A stretch of DNA of 64,000 nucleotides from Malacoraja senta (taxonomy: Eukaryota). Below, piece by piece: positions 11,181 through 23,483 of the stretch (positions are counted from its first letter, which is position 1; each line of letters starts with the position of its first letter). The notes under the pieces were generated by a model, which was not told the DNA's origin, made no database searches, and saw only the letters and a program-made list of their open reading frames with translations. Made by a program: the position numbers and the translations under genes. The stretch lies in contig CM075993.1 of NCBI GenBank assembly GCA_038087875.1, positions 1,366,001-1,430,000 of the forward strand, read 5' to 3'.

Positions 11181-11638
11181 GTAAGTCAGGGGGGGGGGGG
11201 GGCCCGTACGCGAGGCCCAGGCTTGCGGCCTAGTGGCGGCCGCATCCCCGGGCTGGGAGTCGGGACCCGCCGGGCGGCGGCACCGCGGACTCGGCTGCTC
11301 CCTGCACCACCCCGGGGGGGGGGGGGGGGGTTGGTGCTCGGCTTCTGGGATCTTGTCATGGGATTATAAACATGTTATATAATATATATATATATGTGTG
11401 TGTGTGAAGATAGACACTAAACGCTGGAGTAGCTCAGCGGGACGGGCAACATCTCTGGAGAGAAGGAATGCGGAAGCTGCCCGTCCTGCTGAGTTACTCC
11501 AGCATCTTGTGTCTTATCTTCAGTGTAAACCAGCATCTGCAGTTCCTTCATGCACATTAATATCCACTGACTTGGCCTCAACAGCCTTCTGTGGCAAATA
11601 ATCCCACAGATTCACCACCCTCTGACACTATATCTGTA

Positions 11639-11673
<35 letters not shown>

Positions 11674-14600
11674 TTGTGTGTGTGTATATATATATTTTTG
11701 TGTATGTGTGTGTGTGTACATATATATTTGTGTGTGTGTGTGTGTATATATATATTTGTGTATGTGTGTGTATATATAGAGATATATATATATATATATG
11801 TGTGTGAGTATATATGTGTACATGTGTGTGTATATGTATATGTGTGTGTGTATGAGTATGTATATGTGTGTATGTGAATATGTGTGTGAATATGTGTGTG
11901 TGTGAGAGTATGTGTGTGTGTGTGTGTGTACATGTGTGTGTGTATATGTGCCTGTGTATGGTTCCACCCAGATGCAGCACAGAACGCCACAGGAGATCCT
12001 TCTGAAGAAGGGTCTCGACCCGAAACATCACCCATTTCTTCTCTCCAGAGATGCCGCCTGTCTGAGTTACTCCAGCTTTTTGTGTCCATCTTCGGTTTAA
12101 ACCCGCATCTGCCAGTTCCTTCATACACAGGAGATCCTTCTTCCCTGTGGCTATCAAACTGTATAACTACTCCCGCTTCTGTTGTGGGGTAGACTCACTC
12201 CCCTTCCCCCTCATCCCTCATCTGCACATCCCAAATCCTGGACTTTCCACTTGTCACTTTAATTTCATGTTTCGATACGATACGATAAAAACTTTATTCA
12301 TCCCCGGAGGGAAATTGGTCTGCCGACAGTCACAACACACAAGGTACACGAAAACTTGAAATTAAAAATGAAAAAATAAAAAGACATGTACAAGATTTCA
12401 TGTATCTTGTTGTATTTGATGACTTGGCAGAACAATTTCCCTCCTGGGATAAATAAAGTTCTATCAATACCGTATCATATGTATGTATTTGTGTGTGTAT
12501 ATATATGTGTGTGTGTGTGTGTGTGTTTATATATGAACTTGAACTAAACTTTATTTTCACGTTTATTATATTGTGTACATATTGTGTTGTGCTGCTGCAA
12601 GTAAGAATGTCATTGTTCTATCTGGGACACATGACAATAAAGCACTCTTGGCTCGCTTGACTCTTAATCCTGCTGTGCACAAATACACGTCTCATCCCAA
12701 TAATGACCCGGCTTCAATTAAATCAGTGATCGGGCTTCACGCAGTAATTAAACTTCCCGGGACCTGTAGTATACTCCCACAGCCTCTCACCGCCCCTTCG
12801 GCTGTTTGCAACCCCAATTCCCTCCGACATTCTCTCCCCTCCTGAGCCAGCCTGGGTCGGGAGTACTGAAGCTCTGCCTCCCTTCTAGAATGGGTGCTAG
12901 CTACTGTGATCAACAATAGTTACATGTCATGTCACATGTCACATTTATTTATATAGCACATTTAAAAAACAACTCTCGTTGGCCAAAGTGCTTTACATTT
13001 GTTATAAGAATAGTATAAACAAACAAACTACATACATATATACATGTATCTGTATATATGGCACGGACTAGAAGGGTCGAGATGGCCTGTTTCCGTGCTG
13101 TAATTGTTATATGGTTATATTGGTCTGTGCGCAGGTATATGGGACTAGGGGAGAATACGTGTTCGGCATGGACTAGAAGGGTCGAGATGGACTGTTTCCG
13201 TGCTGTAATTGTTATATGGTTATATGGTTATTAAGCCCTCGCTCAGAGGACGTCAAGAAAGGCTTTGGAGTATAGATACGTTTTTAGTCTTGACTTAAAG
13301 GAGTCGATGGAGCGGGCAGTTCTGATGGGAAAGGGGATGCTGTTAGACTCACACAGCACTGAAATAGGCCTTTCGGCCCAACTTGTCCATGCCAGCCAAG
13401 ACCCCAACTAAGCTAGTCCCATTTGCTCATGTTTGGCCCAAAACCCTGCATGTCTATAGGTTCTAGGAAAACAATTTCAAGTCTACTCCTCCATTAAATC
13501 ACGCTATTCTATCTTTCCCTCTTTCCTATCCATGAACAGAACACCAATGTGCTGGGGTAACTCAGCGGGTCAGGCAATATCTATGGACAGCAAGTATAGA
13601 GTGAATTTTCAGGTCAGATTCATGTCCTCCAGAGATGGTGTCTGACCAGCTGAGTTACTCCAGCACTTTGTGGGGTTTTTTCTAAAGCAGCATCTGCAAT
13701 TCGTTGTATCTCTCCTATCCATGTACCTGTCGAAGTGTCTTTTAAATGTTGTCATTATATGTGCCACAACTTCTTCCTCTGACTGACAGGAGCAGAATTT
13801 TAGACCATTCGGCCCATCAAGCCTACTCTGCCATTCAATCATGGCTGATCTATCTTTCCCTCTCAACCCCATTCTGCTGCCTTCTCCCCGTAACCCCTGA
13901 CACCCTAACTCTTATACCCACCACTCTCTGTGTGAAAGAAGTTGCTCCTCGGGTTCCGATTAAAACATTCCCCTCTCACCGTAACACAGGCAGCTTCCTT
14001 CCACTGGGAAAGAACAATGGAGGAGCTGGCATGGGGAACCCCTGTAATGGAGAACAAAGGGGGAGCTGGCGCGGGAGTACTTTGTAACGTTGTCAGCGCC
14101 CTTTATGGGAAACTATTTGCATACCTTCAGTGGATATTTTTAAGGCAGAGATGGATAAATTCTTGATTAGTATGGGTGTCAGAGGATATGGGGAGACGAC
14201 TGGAGAATGGGGTTAGGAGGGAGAGATAGATCAGCCATAATTGAATTGCGGAGTAGACTTGATGGGCCGAATGGCCTAATTCTACTCCTGTTCCTATGAC
14301 CTCGGGTATGCAAGCAAATAATTTCCCGGTGACTTGTCACATGTCACAATAAAGTATCAATTAATTAATTCATTAATTCTTTGCCCAGGTGAGGTGTCTA
14401 TGGAAAAAGTGAAGGTGAAGCGCTATGTGTCGGGTAAGCGGCCGGACTATGCACCGATGGAATCCTCGGACGAGGAGGACGAGGACTTCCAGTTTGTGAA
14501 GAAGCCGAAGGATCCAGAAGCGGAGCCTGAGGTGAAGGAGGAACTGGCCAACGACCCACGTCTCAAACGCCTCCAGAACCGACTGTCCGAGGACGTTGAA

Positions 14601-17600
14601 GAAAGGTGAGAGAACCTCCACTCCTCGCCTCACCGGAGCTGGGGACCATGTAGTTTTCAGGGCAGATGCAGCACCCGCCCTCCACTGGAGCTTCTTACAG
14701 ACTGACTGTAGGTTTATGAACCCCCTCAGGTCAGCGTTCCTGTTTCCCATTGCAAATACTGTATTAAGCCGGAACAGAGATGAGGAGAAAGTTTTTCACC
14801 CAGAGAGTTGTGAATCTGTGGAATTCTCTGCCACGGAAGGCGGTGGAGGCCAATTCACTGGATGAATTCATGAGAGAGTTAGATATAGCTCTTGGGCTAA
14901 CGGAATCAAGGGATATGGGGAGAAAGCAGGAACAGGGTCCTAATTTTGGATGATCAGCCATGATCATATTGAATGGCTCGAAGGGCCATGATCGCTGGCT
15001 CGAAGGGCCGAAGGGCCTGTTTCCACGCTGTAGCTCTAAACTAAACGCTATGTCCCACAGCACTTTCCCCAGAAGAGAAATGAAGGAATCACTGATGTTC
15101 AATTTAATATTGTGTAGGAAGGAACTGCAGATGCTGGTTCAAACCAAAGTTAGACACAAAATGCTGGAGTAACTCAGCAGGACAGGCTGAATCTCTGGAG
15201 AGAAGGAATGGGTAACGTTTCGGGTCGAGACCCTTCTTCAGACTGGTTAGGGATGTGGGAAATGAGAGATATAGACGATGATGTCGGGAGATAAAGAACA
15301 ATGAATGAAAGATATGCAAAAAATTATTGATGTTAAAGGAAAATGGCTATTGTTAGCTGTTTGTTGGGTGAGAACGAGAAGCTGGCGCGACTTGGGATAG
15401 AGAGAGAGGGAATGCCGGGGTTACTTGATGTTAGAGAAATCAATATACATACCACTGGGGTGTAAGCTGCCCAAACAAAATATGAGATGCTGTTCGCCTC
15501 ACTCTGACAATGGAGGAGGCCTAGGACAGAATGGTCAGTGTGGGAATGGGAAGGAGAATTAAAGTGTCCATCAACCGGGGAGATCAATTTAATGTTTGTG
15601 CCGAGGCCAACATGGTTCTCGCTGCCGCCCCGAGCGTTTCTGAAGCAGCCGTCGGTGACGTTTCCTTTGTCTGTCCTGTAGATTGGCTCGCCACCGGATG
15701 ATCGTGGAACCGGAGGTGGTGGTGGAGGCAGAGTCTGAGGATGAGGCCGAGGCCTGGCAGGTGGAACGGGAGGACAGCAGTGAGGAGGAGGAGGAGGAGG
15801 TGGATGATGAGGTGAGTACAAACCCTGCGGGGTGGCAGTGAACGCGCGTCGGGGCCTTTCACCCCAGTGACTGAGGAACTCCAGCAATGAATGGGTTAAC
15901 CTATGGTGAGCGTTTGTTGGTACTGGGCCTGTACTCGCTGGAGTTTAGAAGAATGAGGGGGAGACCTCATTGAAACGGACAGAATAGTGAAAGGCCTGGA
16001 TAGAGTGGATGTGGAGAGGATGTTTCCACTAGTGGGAGAGTCTAGGACCAGAGGTCACAGCCTCAGAATTAAAGGATGTTCCTTTAGGAAGGAGATGAGG
16101 AGGAATTTCATTTGTCAGAGGGTGGTGAATCTGTGGAATTCTTTGCCACAGAAGGATGTTGAGGCCAAGTCAATGGATATATTTACGGCAGAGATAGATT
16201 CTTGATTAGTACGGGTGTCAGAGATTATGGGGAGAAGGCAGGAGAATGGGGTTAGGAGGGAGAGACCATGATTGAATGGTGGAGTAGACTTGATGGGCCG
16301 AATGGCCTAATTCTGCTCCTATCACTTCTGATCTTGTGAACTCGAGGAAACTGATCATGGTTTGTTAGTTTAGTTTATTGTCACTTGTCCAGAGCTACAG
16401 TGAAAAGCTTTTGTTGTGTGCTAACCAGCCAGCGGAAAGACAATACATCATTACAATCGAGCCATTTACAGTGTACAGATACATGATAAGGGAATATCGT
16501 TTAGTGCAAGATAAAGCCAGCAAAGTCTGATCAAGGATAGTCCGTGTTTAAGAAAGAACTCCAGATACTGGAAAAATCGAAGGTAGACAAAAATGCTGGA
16601 GAAACTCAGCGGGTGATGCAGCATCTATGGAGCGAAGGAATAGTCCATGCGTCACCAATGAGGTAGATAGTAGTTCAGCATTGCTCTCTGGTTGTGGTAG
16701 GATGGTTCAGTTGCCTGATAGCAGCTGCAAAGAAACTGTCTCTGATAACAAACTCATCGCCCCCCCCCCCCGATCACGGACAGGAAATCGAGCGTCGGCG
16801 GGCCATGATGAGGCAGCGTGCGCAGGAGAGGGAGAACGAGGAGATGGAACTGCTGGAGCTGGAGGACAGGGCGGTCTGGCGAAGAGTCTGAGGAGGAGTC
16901 TGAGTATGAGGAGTACACTGACAGCGAGGATGAGACGGAGCCCAGACTCAAGCCCGTCTTCATCAGAAGGTAGGGCCGCACCTGTCCACAGCCTCCCCCC
17001 TTCTTCTTTCGTGTGGCGTGCACAGCCTAAAGTTGTTGGACAACTTGTTCTATTTGATCTTCCGTTTGTGCACGTCGAGTTGATTGCATTAGTCGAAACA
17101 GGGCGGACCACGTGAAGGTTGCAATCTTCCACCCCAGCCTCCCCCTTGACCAAGGTTCACAGCACCCCATAAACAGCCTGGAGGTTGCTGCTGCTGCTGC
17201 TGCTGCTGCTGTTGGGCAACCACGCCAGCCTGCTGTTGTCAGGAATGATCCACTTTTTCTGTATGTGTAAGAAGGAACTGCAGATGTTGGTTTAAACCGA
17301 AGATAGAAGCAAGAAGCTGGAGTAACTCAGCGGGACAGGCAGCATCTCTGGAGAGAAGGAATGGGTGACGTTTCGGGTCGGAGAGATGCTGCCTGTCCTG
17401 CTGAGTTACTCCAGCTTTTTGTGTCTATGAATGGTTTCTGTACTGTCAGGTGTACAAGGTACAGTGAGATACATTGTCTGCAGACAGCTCAGCCCGACTC
17501 TCCCCGTACATGAACACAATCCCCGGTTAGTACAGAGCGTACAGGACAGCCCACTGAGTCCATGTGGAAGAGGTGCCATGTTGCTGCCATTTCCCAGTCC

Positions 17601-18066
17601 CAGCCACAGCTGGCCACAAGGGCCCGTCGCAGCCGTCACCTCCATTCCGGTGGTCCTCCAATCCTGGCCCCCTCTTCCCCCGGGGACACCTCCCACAGCC
17701 GAGCTCGAGGGCACCGATGGTAACATCCCCGGTTGTTCTTACTGGGCCCTTTGTGCAGTGTCCCCTGTGTTGGGACGTCCTGATGATGAGGGAAAGGCTG
17801 CGTATATATTTTTATTTCCTTGTTTGTTCCGCGTGCTGTGCGCACCGATCGCTGTGTGTCGTGTGCCGCGGTGTGTGCCATGCGAGCCGTGTGTGTCGTT
17901 ATGCGCTACGGGGTGTGACGAGCTGTGTGCCGCCGGCAGGAAGGACCGGGTGACAGTGCAGGAGCGGGAGGCAGAGACTACGAAGCAGAAGGAGCTGGAA
18001 CAGGATGCTAAGCGGCTGAGTGAGGAGCAACGCAAATACACACTGAAGGTGGGGTGCACTCTCGCG

Positions 18067-18132
<66 letters not shown>

Positions 18133-18151
18133 CACACACACACACACACAT

Positions 18152-18190
<39 letters not shown>

Positions 18191-18202
18191 CACACACACT
18201 GG

Positions 18203-18237
<35 letters not shown>

Positions 18238-21200
18238 CATGCACACGCACACACACACTCACACTCACACTCTGGGGAGAGGAACCGTTCATCTCTCAGC
18301 TCCCTGATCCCACGGATTTCCAGCAGCTGGATTTCTGCTTGCTGGGGGAGCAGTGGCGCAGGGGGCAATGGGGAGGGGGGGGAGTGGGCGATAGGGGACG
18401 GCGTGGGAAGTGGGAAGTGCTGGTGGGGGGGCGAGTGGGCGGGAGGGAGTGGGCGGTGGTGTAGCGGGGGGGAGTGGGCGGTGGTGATGCGGGGGGAGTG
18501 GGTGGTGGTGGTGCGGGGGGGAGTGGGCGGTGGTGGTGCGGGGGGGAGTGGGCGGTGGTGGTGTATGGGGAGTGGGCGGTGGTGGTGCGGGGGGAGTGGG
18601 CGGTGGTGGTGCGGGGGGGAGTGGGTGGTGGGGAGTGGGCGGTGGTGGTGTATGGGGAGTGGGCGGTGGTGGTGTATGGGGAGTGAGCGGTGGTGATGCG
18701 GGGGGAGTGGGCGGTGGTGGTGCGGGGGAGTGGGCGGTGGTGGTGTATGGGGAGTGGGCGGTGGTGGTGTATGGGGAGTGGGCGGTGGTGGTGCGGGGGG
18801 AGTGGGCGGTGGTGGTGCGGGGGGAGTGGGCGGTGGTGGTGCGGGGGGAGTGGGCGGTGGTGGTGCGGGGGGAGTGGGCATTAGGGAAGTGGGCGGTGGT
18901 GGTGCGGGGGGAGTGGGCGGTGGTGGTGCGGGGGGGAGTGGGCGGTGGTGGTGCGGGGGGGAGTGGGCGGTGGTGGTGCGGGGGGGAGTGGGCAGTGGGG
19001 GTGCGGGGGGGAGTGGGCGGTGGTGGTGCGGGGGGAGTGGGCGGTGGTGATGCGGGGGGAGTGGAGCGGTGGTGGTGCGGGGGGGAGTGGGCGGTGGTGG
19101 TGTATGGGGAGTGGGCGGTGGTGGTGCGGGGGGAGTGGGTGGTGGTGGTGCGGGGGGAGTGGGCGGTGGTGGTGCGGGGGGAGTGGGCGGTGGTGGTGCG
19201 GGGGGAGTGGGCGGTGGTGATGCGGGGGGGAGTGGGCGGTGGTGGTGCGGGGGGAGTGGGCGGTGGTGGTGCGGGGGGTGGGCGGTGGTGGTGCTGTGGA
19301 GCAGTGCATTTACCGGGCCGGTGGCCACTGCCGTTGTACAGATCGTGGAGGAGGAGGCGCGGCGGGAGGTTGAGGAGTCACGGAGAACGCTGTCTGCCCT
19401 CGATGCCCTCAACACCGACGATGAGAATGACGAGGAGGAGTACGAGTCGTGGAAAGTGCGGGAACTGAAACGCATCAAACGGGACCGCGAGGAGCGGGAG
19501 TCGTGAGTACCGTCCCCGTCCCCCCCATCCCCCCCCCACCAGCCGGGGGTGCAGACACATACCTCGGGCAGAAGCAAGTCTACGACCAGACAGCCATTGG
19601 CACCAACCCCCCCCCCCCCCACCCCTCCCCCCTCCGACAGATACTAAAACATATTACTAATCTGTGGGAGTTTCTCTGCTCATCTCATTGTCCAAAACAC
19701 TGCCTGTTTGAGTCTTGCTGTAAATTTGACCTGAGTATAAGGGGCGTTCTCCCCCTCTATCTGGCACGGTAACAGAGCGGTAGAGTTGCTGCCTCACAGC
19801 GCCGGAGACCCGGTTTCAATCCTGACTACGGGTGCTGTCTGTACAGAGTTTGTACGCTCTCCCCCTAACCACATGGGTTTTCTTCGGAAGCTCCGGTTTC
19901 CTCCCACGCTCCAAATATGTACGGGTTTGTGGGTTAATTGGCTTCTGTAAATTGTCTAGTGTGGAGGATAGAACAAGTGTATGAGTGATTGTTGGTCAGC
20001 GCGGACTCACTGGGACGCAGGGTCTGTTTCCACCCTGTATCTCCAAACTAAACTCAAATCTGGGTAGGAAGAGTTTTATAAGGAGAAAGGTTTGGAGGGA
20101 ATGGGATAAATACAGGCAGGTGGGGTGAGGCTAATAGGCCAACTTGTCAGTTATGGGCAAGATGGGCTGAAGGGCCTGTGTCAGTGCTGTGTAGCTCTGT
20201 GTGTGGTGTAGTGCTCTGTGACTGTGGGGCTCTGTGTGTGTGTGTGTGTGTGGGGCTGTGTGTGTGTGTGTGTGGGGCTGCGTGTGTGTGGGGGGACTGT
20301 GTGGGGGGGGCTGTGTGTGTGTGTGGGGCTCTGTGTGTGGGCTGCGTGTGTGTGTGTGGGGCTCTGTGGGGGGGGCTGTGTGTGTGTGGGGGGCTCTGTG
20401 TGGGGCTGTGTGTGTGTGGGGCTTGTGTGTGTGTGTGGTGCTATGTGTGTGTGTGTGGCTGTGAGTGTGTGTGGGGCTTGTGTGTGTGTGGGGGGCTCTG
20501 TGTGTGTGTGGGGCTCTGTGTGTGGGGGGGGGGCTGTGTGTGTGGGAGGCTCTGTGTGGGGCTGTGTGTGTGTGGGGCTATGTGTGTGTGTGGCTGTGAG
20601 TGTGGGGGGGCTTGTGTGTGGGGCTGTGTGTGTGGGGGGGCTCTGTGTGTGTGTGTGGGGGCTGTGTGTGTGTGGGGCTATGTGTGTGTGGCTGTGAGTG
20701 TGGGGGGGCTTGTGTGTGTGTGTGTGGGGGGCTCTGGACTGTGGCATGGTGTGGGTGTGGGGTGTTTTCTCACTGAGCTCTCTGCCTGTATGCAGCATGG
20801 AGAAGGAGAAGGCTGAGATCGACAGGATGCATAACCTGACGGAGGAGGAGAGGCGGGCTGAGCTTCGAGCCAACAGCAAAGCCATCACCAACAAGGCCAG
20901 CAAAGGGAAGTACAAGTTCCTGCAGAAGTACTATCACAGAGGAGCCTTCTTCATGGTGAGTTGAACGAATGAATAAGTTCATTGGCCAAGTATGTTCACA
21001 TACAAGGAATTTGCCTTGGTGCTCCGCTCGCAAGTAGCACGACATCCGGTAACAATTAAGAATGACACATAAAACATTATAAAACGTGTTGGCAACCAAC
21101 TACATTTTGAGCTTCCCATGAGTTTGTGTGCACCAGTCAGTGTTCACTTAAGATAGACAAGCTGGAGTAACTCAGCGGGACAGGCAGCATCTCTGGAGAG

Positions 21201-22498
21201 AAGGAATGGGTGACGTTTCGGGTCGAGCTCCTTCTTCAGACTGAAAAGAAGGGTCTCGACCCGAAACGTCACCTTCTCTCCAGAGATGCTGCCTGACCCG
21301 CTGTGTTACTCCAGCACTTTGTTCTTTTTGCTGTCAACCAGCAATGGGCGGCTATGTCGAACACACAGTTTGTCCATGTATGTTGATCGATGTGTGGGTT
21401 TGGTGAACTGAGTCTTTGCACATCTGCCGATCTGCAGGATGAAGAGGAGGATCTGTACAAACGGGATTTCAGCTCGCCCACACTGGAGGACCATTTCAAC
21501 AAGACCATCTTACCGAAGGTTATGCAGGTGAGACATCAGCCTTGTGTTCCCGTGCGATGTGTGGGGGGGGGGGGATAATTGCTGTCTGCAGAAGGAATGC
21601 GTCATATAAAGGCTGGGAGAACCACGGGCGATTACAGAGAACATTGAACGCTCTACATGCCGGGAAAGCATTTTGTTATTTTATTTTCCCTAATGAACAA
21701 GGTCTTCATTCAGTAATTGCAATTTATGGTGTACCAGAAGGTACAAAGACTTTCAATAGTCACGTTACGTCAAGCAATCACTATGATACTGCAGTGCCAT
21801 CTTTATCTACAATGGGCTCGACGCCCCGTTCACGGACGGCCTCCAGACTCCCCTTGGACACCGCGTGTGCCCTCTCCAGGGACACGCGAGCACGGACAGA
21901 TGCCCAGAAGAGGGGTGGGCAGGCAGCCGGCTCTGGTGTGATCATCGACCACCCGCTGCCTGGACCTGCAAATGGCCATCTTGGCCAGGCCCAGGAGCAG
22001 ACCGACAGGGAGAGCCCACCCTCCCGCTCCACCTTGGGGAGAGTGGTGATCAGGGGGGAATTACCATGTCCAGGGTAACAGGGTGGGTTGGGGGGGTGGG
22101 AGAGCAGAGGGGGGAGGGATTGGTTAACAGTACCAGAACGGAGCAGTTAATGGGGGTGGCCTAACCGAGTGGGTTCTGGTGAGAGAACGGTTCATCCACT
22201 GCGTCTTTCAAGGGCCACAAACTATTTCTGCGCTGAGATTCTTTGAGCCGTGTTAACTGTTATACGTTGATGCTGAATTTTGTTTCTTTTCTACCCAACC
22301 CACAAATAAAATTAGGTGAAGAACTTTGGGCGGTCAGGGCGGACCAAGTACACTCACCTGGTGGACCAAGACACCACCTCGTTTGATTCAGCCTGGGCTC
22401 AGGAGTCTGCCCAGAACAGCAAGTTCTTCAAGCAGCGAGCAGCCGGCGTGCGAGATGTCTTCGAGAGGCCCTCGGCCAAGAAGAGGAAGACCACGTAA
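11099..22498 (+). CDS. MFAP1: Microfibrillar-associated protein 1 (spliceosomal B-complex factor), 9 coding exons, 439 aa if 2 nt are restored in exon 4
   Basis: join(11099-11180,14389-14605,15682-15811,16784-16969,17940-18048,19342-19502,20796-20955,21438-21527,22316-22498); all [73 protein letters not shown]. Confidence 0.97.
11635..11960. repeat. (TG)n/(TA)n compound microsatellite in MFAP1 intron 1
   Basis: Directly visible. Confidence 0.95.
12925..13345 (-). mobile_element. L2 LINE 3' end, interrupted by duplicated CR1-type tails
   Basis: Reverse complement matches the 3' end of the L2 at 56069-56801 (aaagcactttgg..aacgagagttg..aaatgtgctat). Confidence 0.7.
14389..14605 (+). CDS. MFAP1: MFAP1 coding exon 2
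   Basis: ttctttgcccag acceptor; [39 protein letters not shown]; donor gtgaga. Confidence 0.96.
15108..15575 (-). mobile_element. Penelope-like element 3' fragment
   Basis: [24 protein letters not shown] in ORF 15333-15887(-) plus the shared tail. Confidence 0.8.
15682..15811 (+). CDS. MFAP1: MFAP1 coding exon 3
   Basis: tgtcctgtag acceptor; [29 protein letters not shown]; donor gtgagt. Confidence 0.95.
15885..16335 (+). mobile_element. CR1-type 3' fragment
   Basis: ORF 15987-16205 [29 protein letters not shown]. Confidence 0.85.
16784..16969 (+). CDS. MFAP1: MFAP1 coding exon 4 (apparent 2-nt deletion near 16868-16871)
   Basis: [28 protein letters not shown], frame change, then [32 protein letters not shown]; 186 nt where the flanking phases (0 to 2) and the ED-EG-RS motif call for 188. 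Confidence 0.93.
17940..18048 (+). CDS. MFAP1: MFAP1 coding exon 5
   Basis: [36 protein letters not shown]; cag acceptor, gtgggg donor. Confidence 0.95.
18068..18270. repeat. (CA)n microsatellite
   Basis: Directly visible, starts about 20 nt after the exon 5 donor. Confidence 0.97.
18420..19295 (+). repeat. G-rich 22-24 bp minisatellite (ggggggagtgggcggtggtggtgc) in MFAP1 intron 5
   Basis: Directly visible tandem array. Confidence 0.95.
19342..19502 (+). CDS. MFAP1: MFAP1 coding exon 6
   Basis: [53 protein letters not shown]; donor gtgagt. Confidence 0.96.
20215..20765 (+). repeat. (TG)n-GGGGC compound repeat in MFAP1 intron 6
   Basis: Directly visible. Confidence 0.93.
20796..20955 (+). 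CDS. MFAP1: MFAP1 coding exon 7
   Basis: [44 protein letters not shown]; donor gtgagt. Confidence 0.97.
21438..21527 (+). CDS. MFAP1: MFAP1 coding exon 8
   Basis: [30 protein letters not shown]; donor gtgaga. Confidence 0.97.
21690..22060 (-). mobile_element. Tx1/L1-like LINE ORF2 C-terminal fragment
   Basis: [10 protein letters not shown] in one frame and [20 protein letters not shown] in ORF 21781-22032(-), typical of Tx1 3' ends. Confidence 0.6.
22316..22498 (+). CDS. MFAP1: MFAP1 coding exon 9 (terminal)
   Basis: [60 protein letters not shown]. Confidence 0.97.
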   Translation: MKNFGRSGRTKYTHLVDQDTTSFDSAWAQESAQNSKFFKQRAAGVRDVFERPSAKKRKTT

Positions 22499-23215
22499 CT
22501 GGGCATGGGATGTGCCGTGGCCATGTGGTAGGTGCGCACTGGGCCACCCCCGTCTGTCACAGCTATGGAGACTTTAGCAGCATTGTCCATCCAGTGAACA
22601 TACTGTTCACACGTAACTTAAATCTTCCTCTTTAAAGTAAACTTATTTTCTAAAGTTTGTAACTCTGTGTGATCATGTGTTATTTTCCTTTTCTGCTACA
22701 TTGATAGGATAAAATTGGCATTTTAACCAATTGTTACTGTTGTTTCGTTATACAAAGTTTCAATGGGAGTTCAGTCTCGGTTCTGTGATGTGGAGGAAGG
22801 AACTGCAGATTCTGGTTTACACCAAAGAGATACAAAACGCTGGAGTAACTCAGCGGGACAGGCAGCATCTCTGGAGAAAAGGAATGGGTGACGTTTCGGG
22901 TCGAGACTTCTTCAGACTGAAGGAGAGAGTGTATGTTGCTGTCTGTGTAGAGTTTGCGCGTTCTCCCTGCGACCGTGTGGGTTCCCTCCAGGTGCTCTGA
23001 CTTTCTCCCACATCTCAAAGGCGTGCGTGTGGGGCTGTAGGTTAATTGGCCCTCGTGGGTGAGAAAGTGGGAGAAATTCGAACCAGTGTGAATAGGGCGA
23101 TTGAGAGCTGGCATAGACTTGTTTCCATGCTTTATCTCCCTACAAAGTCTTAACCTCAAAGGAGTTGGATCCATATCAAACAAAACAAATTCCTACATTA
23201 AAATGTCAGTTAGAT

Positions 23216-23306
23216 TTTATTTCAATAGTTTAAAAAAATTATAGACTACATTTGAAAAGTTGAAAATATCTAAAAATCATTATACCTGGTGGTATTTTAC
23301 TTTATT
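23216..23306 (-). terminator. Two candidate NEIL1 poly(A) signals
   Basis: tttatt (AATAAA on -) at 23301-23306 and 23216-23221, downstream of the predicted stop at 23437. Confidence 0.55.
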
Positions 23307-23436
23307 CATATAATGGAGTATTCTCCCAGCACACAGCCTGCTCTGATCCACTACCTCCACGCATGCAGCCTAAACAAAGCTGCTTTAATCTGACCATCCT
23401 CTTGAGTTTGTGTTCCAATTAAAAGGGCCCCCTTCT

Positions 23437-23483
23437 CTATTTGTTCCTGGATTTCATCGCCCGAGTCTTCCGTGTTCCAGACT
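23437..23483 (-). CDS. NEIL1: NEIL1 terminal coding exon (predicted)
   Basis: Strong acceptor ctcctcatctctcactctacag; phase-1 join gives ESGTRKTRAMKSRNK*; little sequence conservation. Confidence 0.7.

Noticed and set aside
10587..11369. 260-aa ORF with WGRSLTKPLPQ repeats
   Set aside because: Minisatellite read-through overlapping MFAP1 exon 1 in a different frame
17431..19622. 421-aa (+) and 627-aa (-) extensin-like or His-rich ORFs
   Set aside because: Products of the (CA)n and G-rich intron repeats; only the embedded MFAP1 exons are real
20178..20915. Cys/Val/Gly-rich keratin-associated-like ORFs
   Set aside because: (TG)n compound repeat in MFAP1 intron 6
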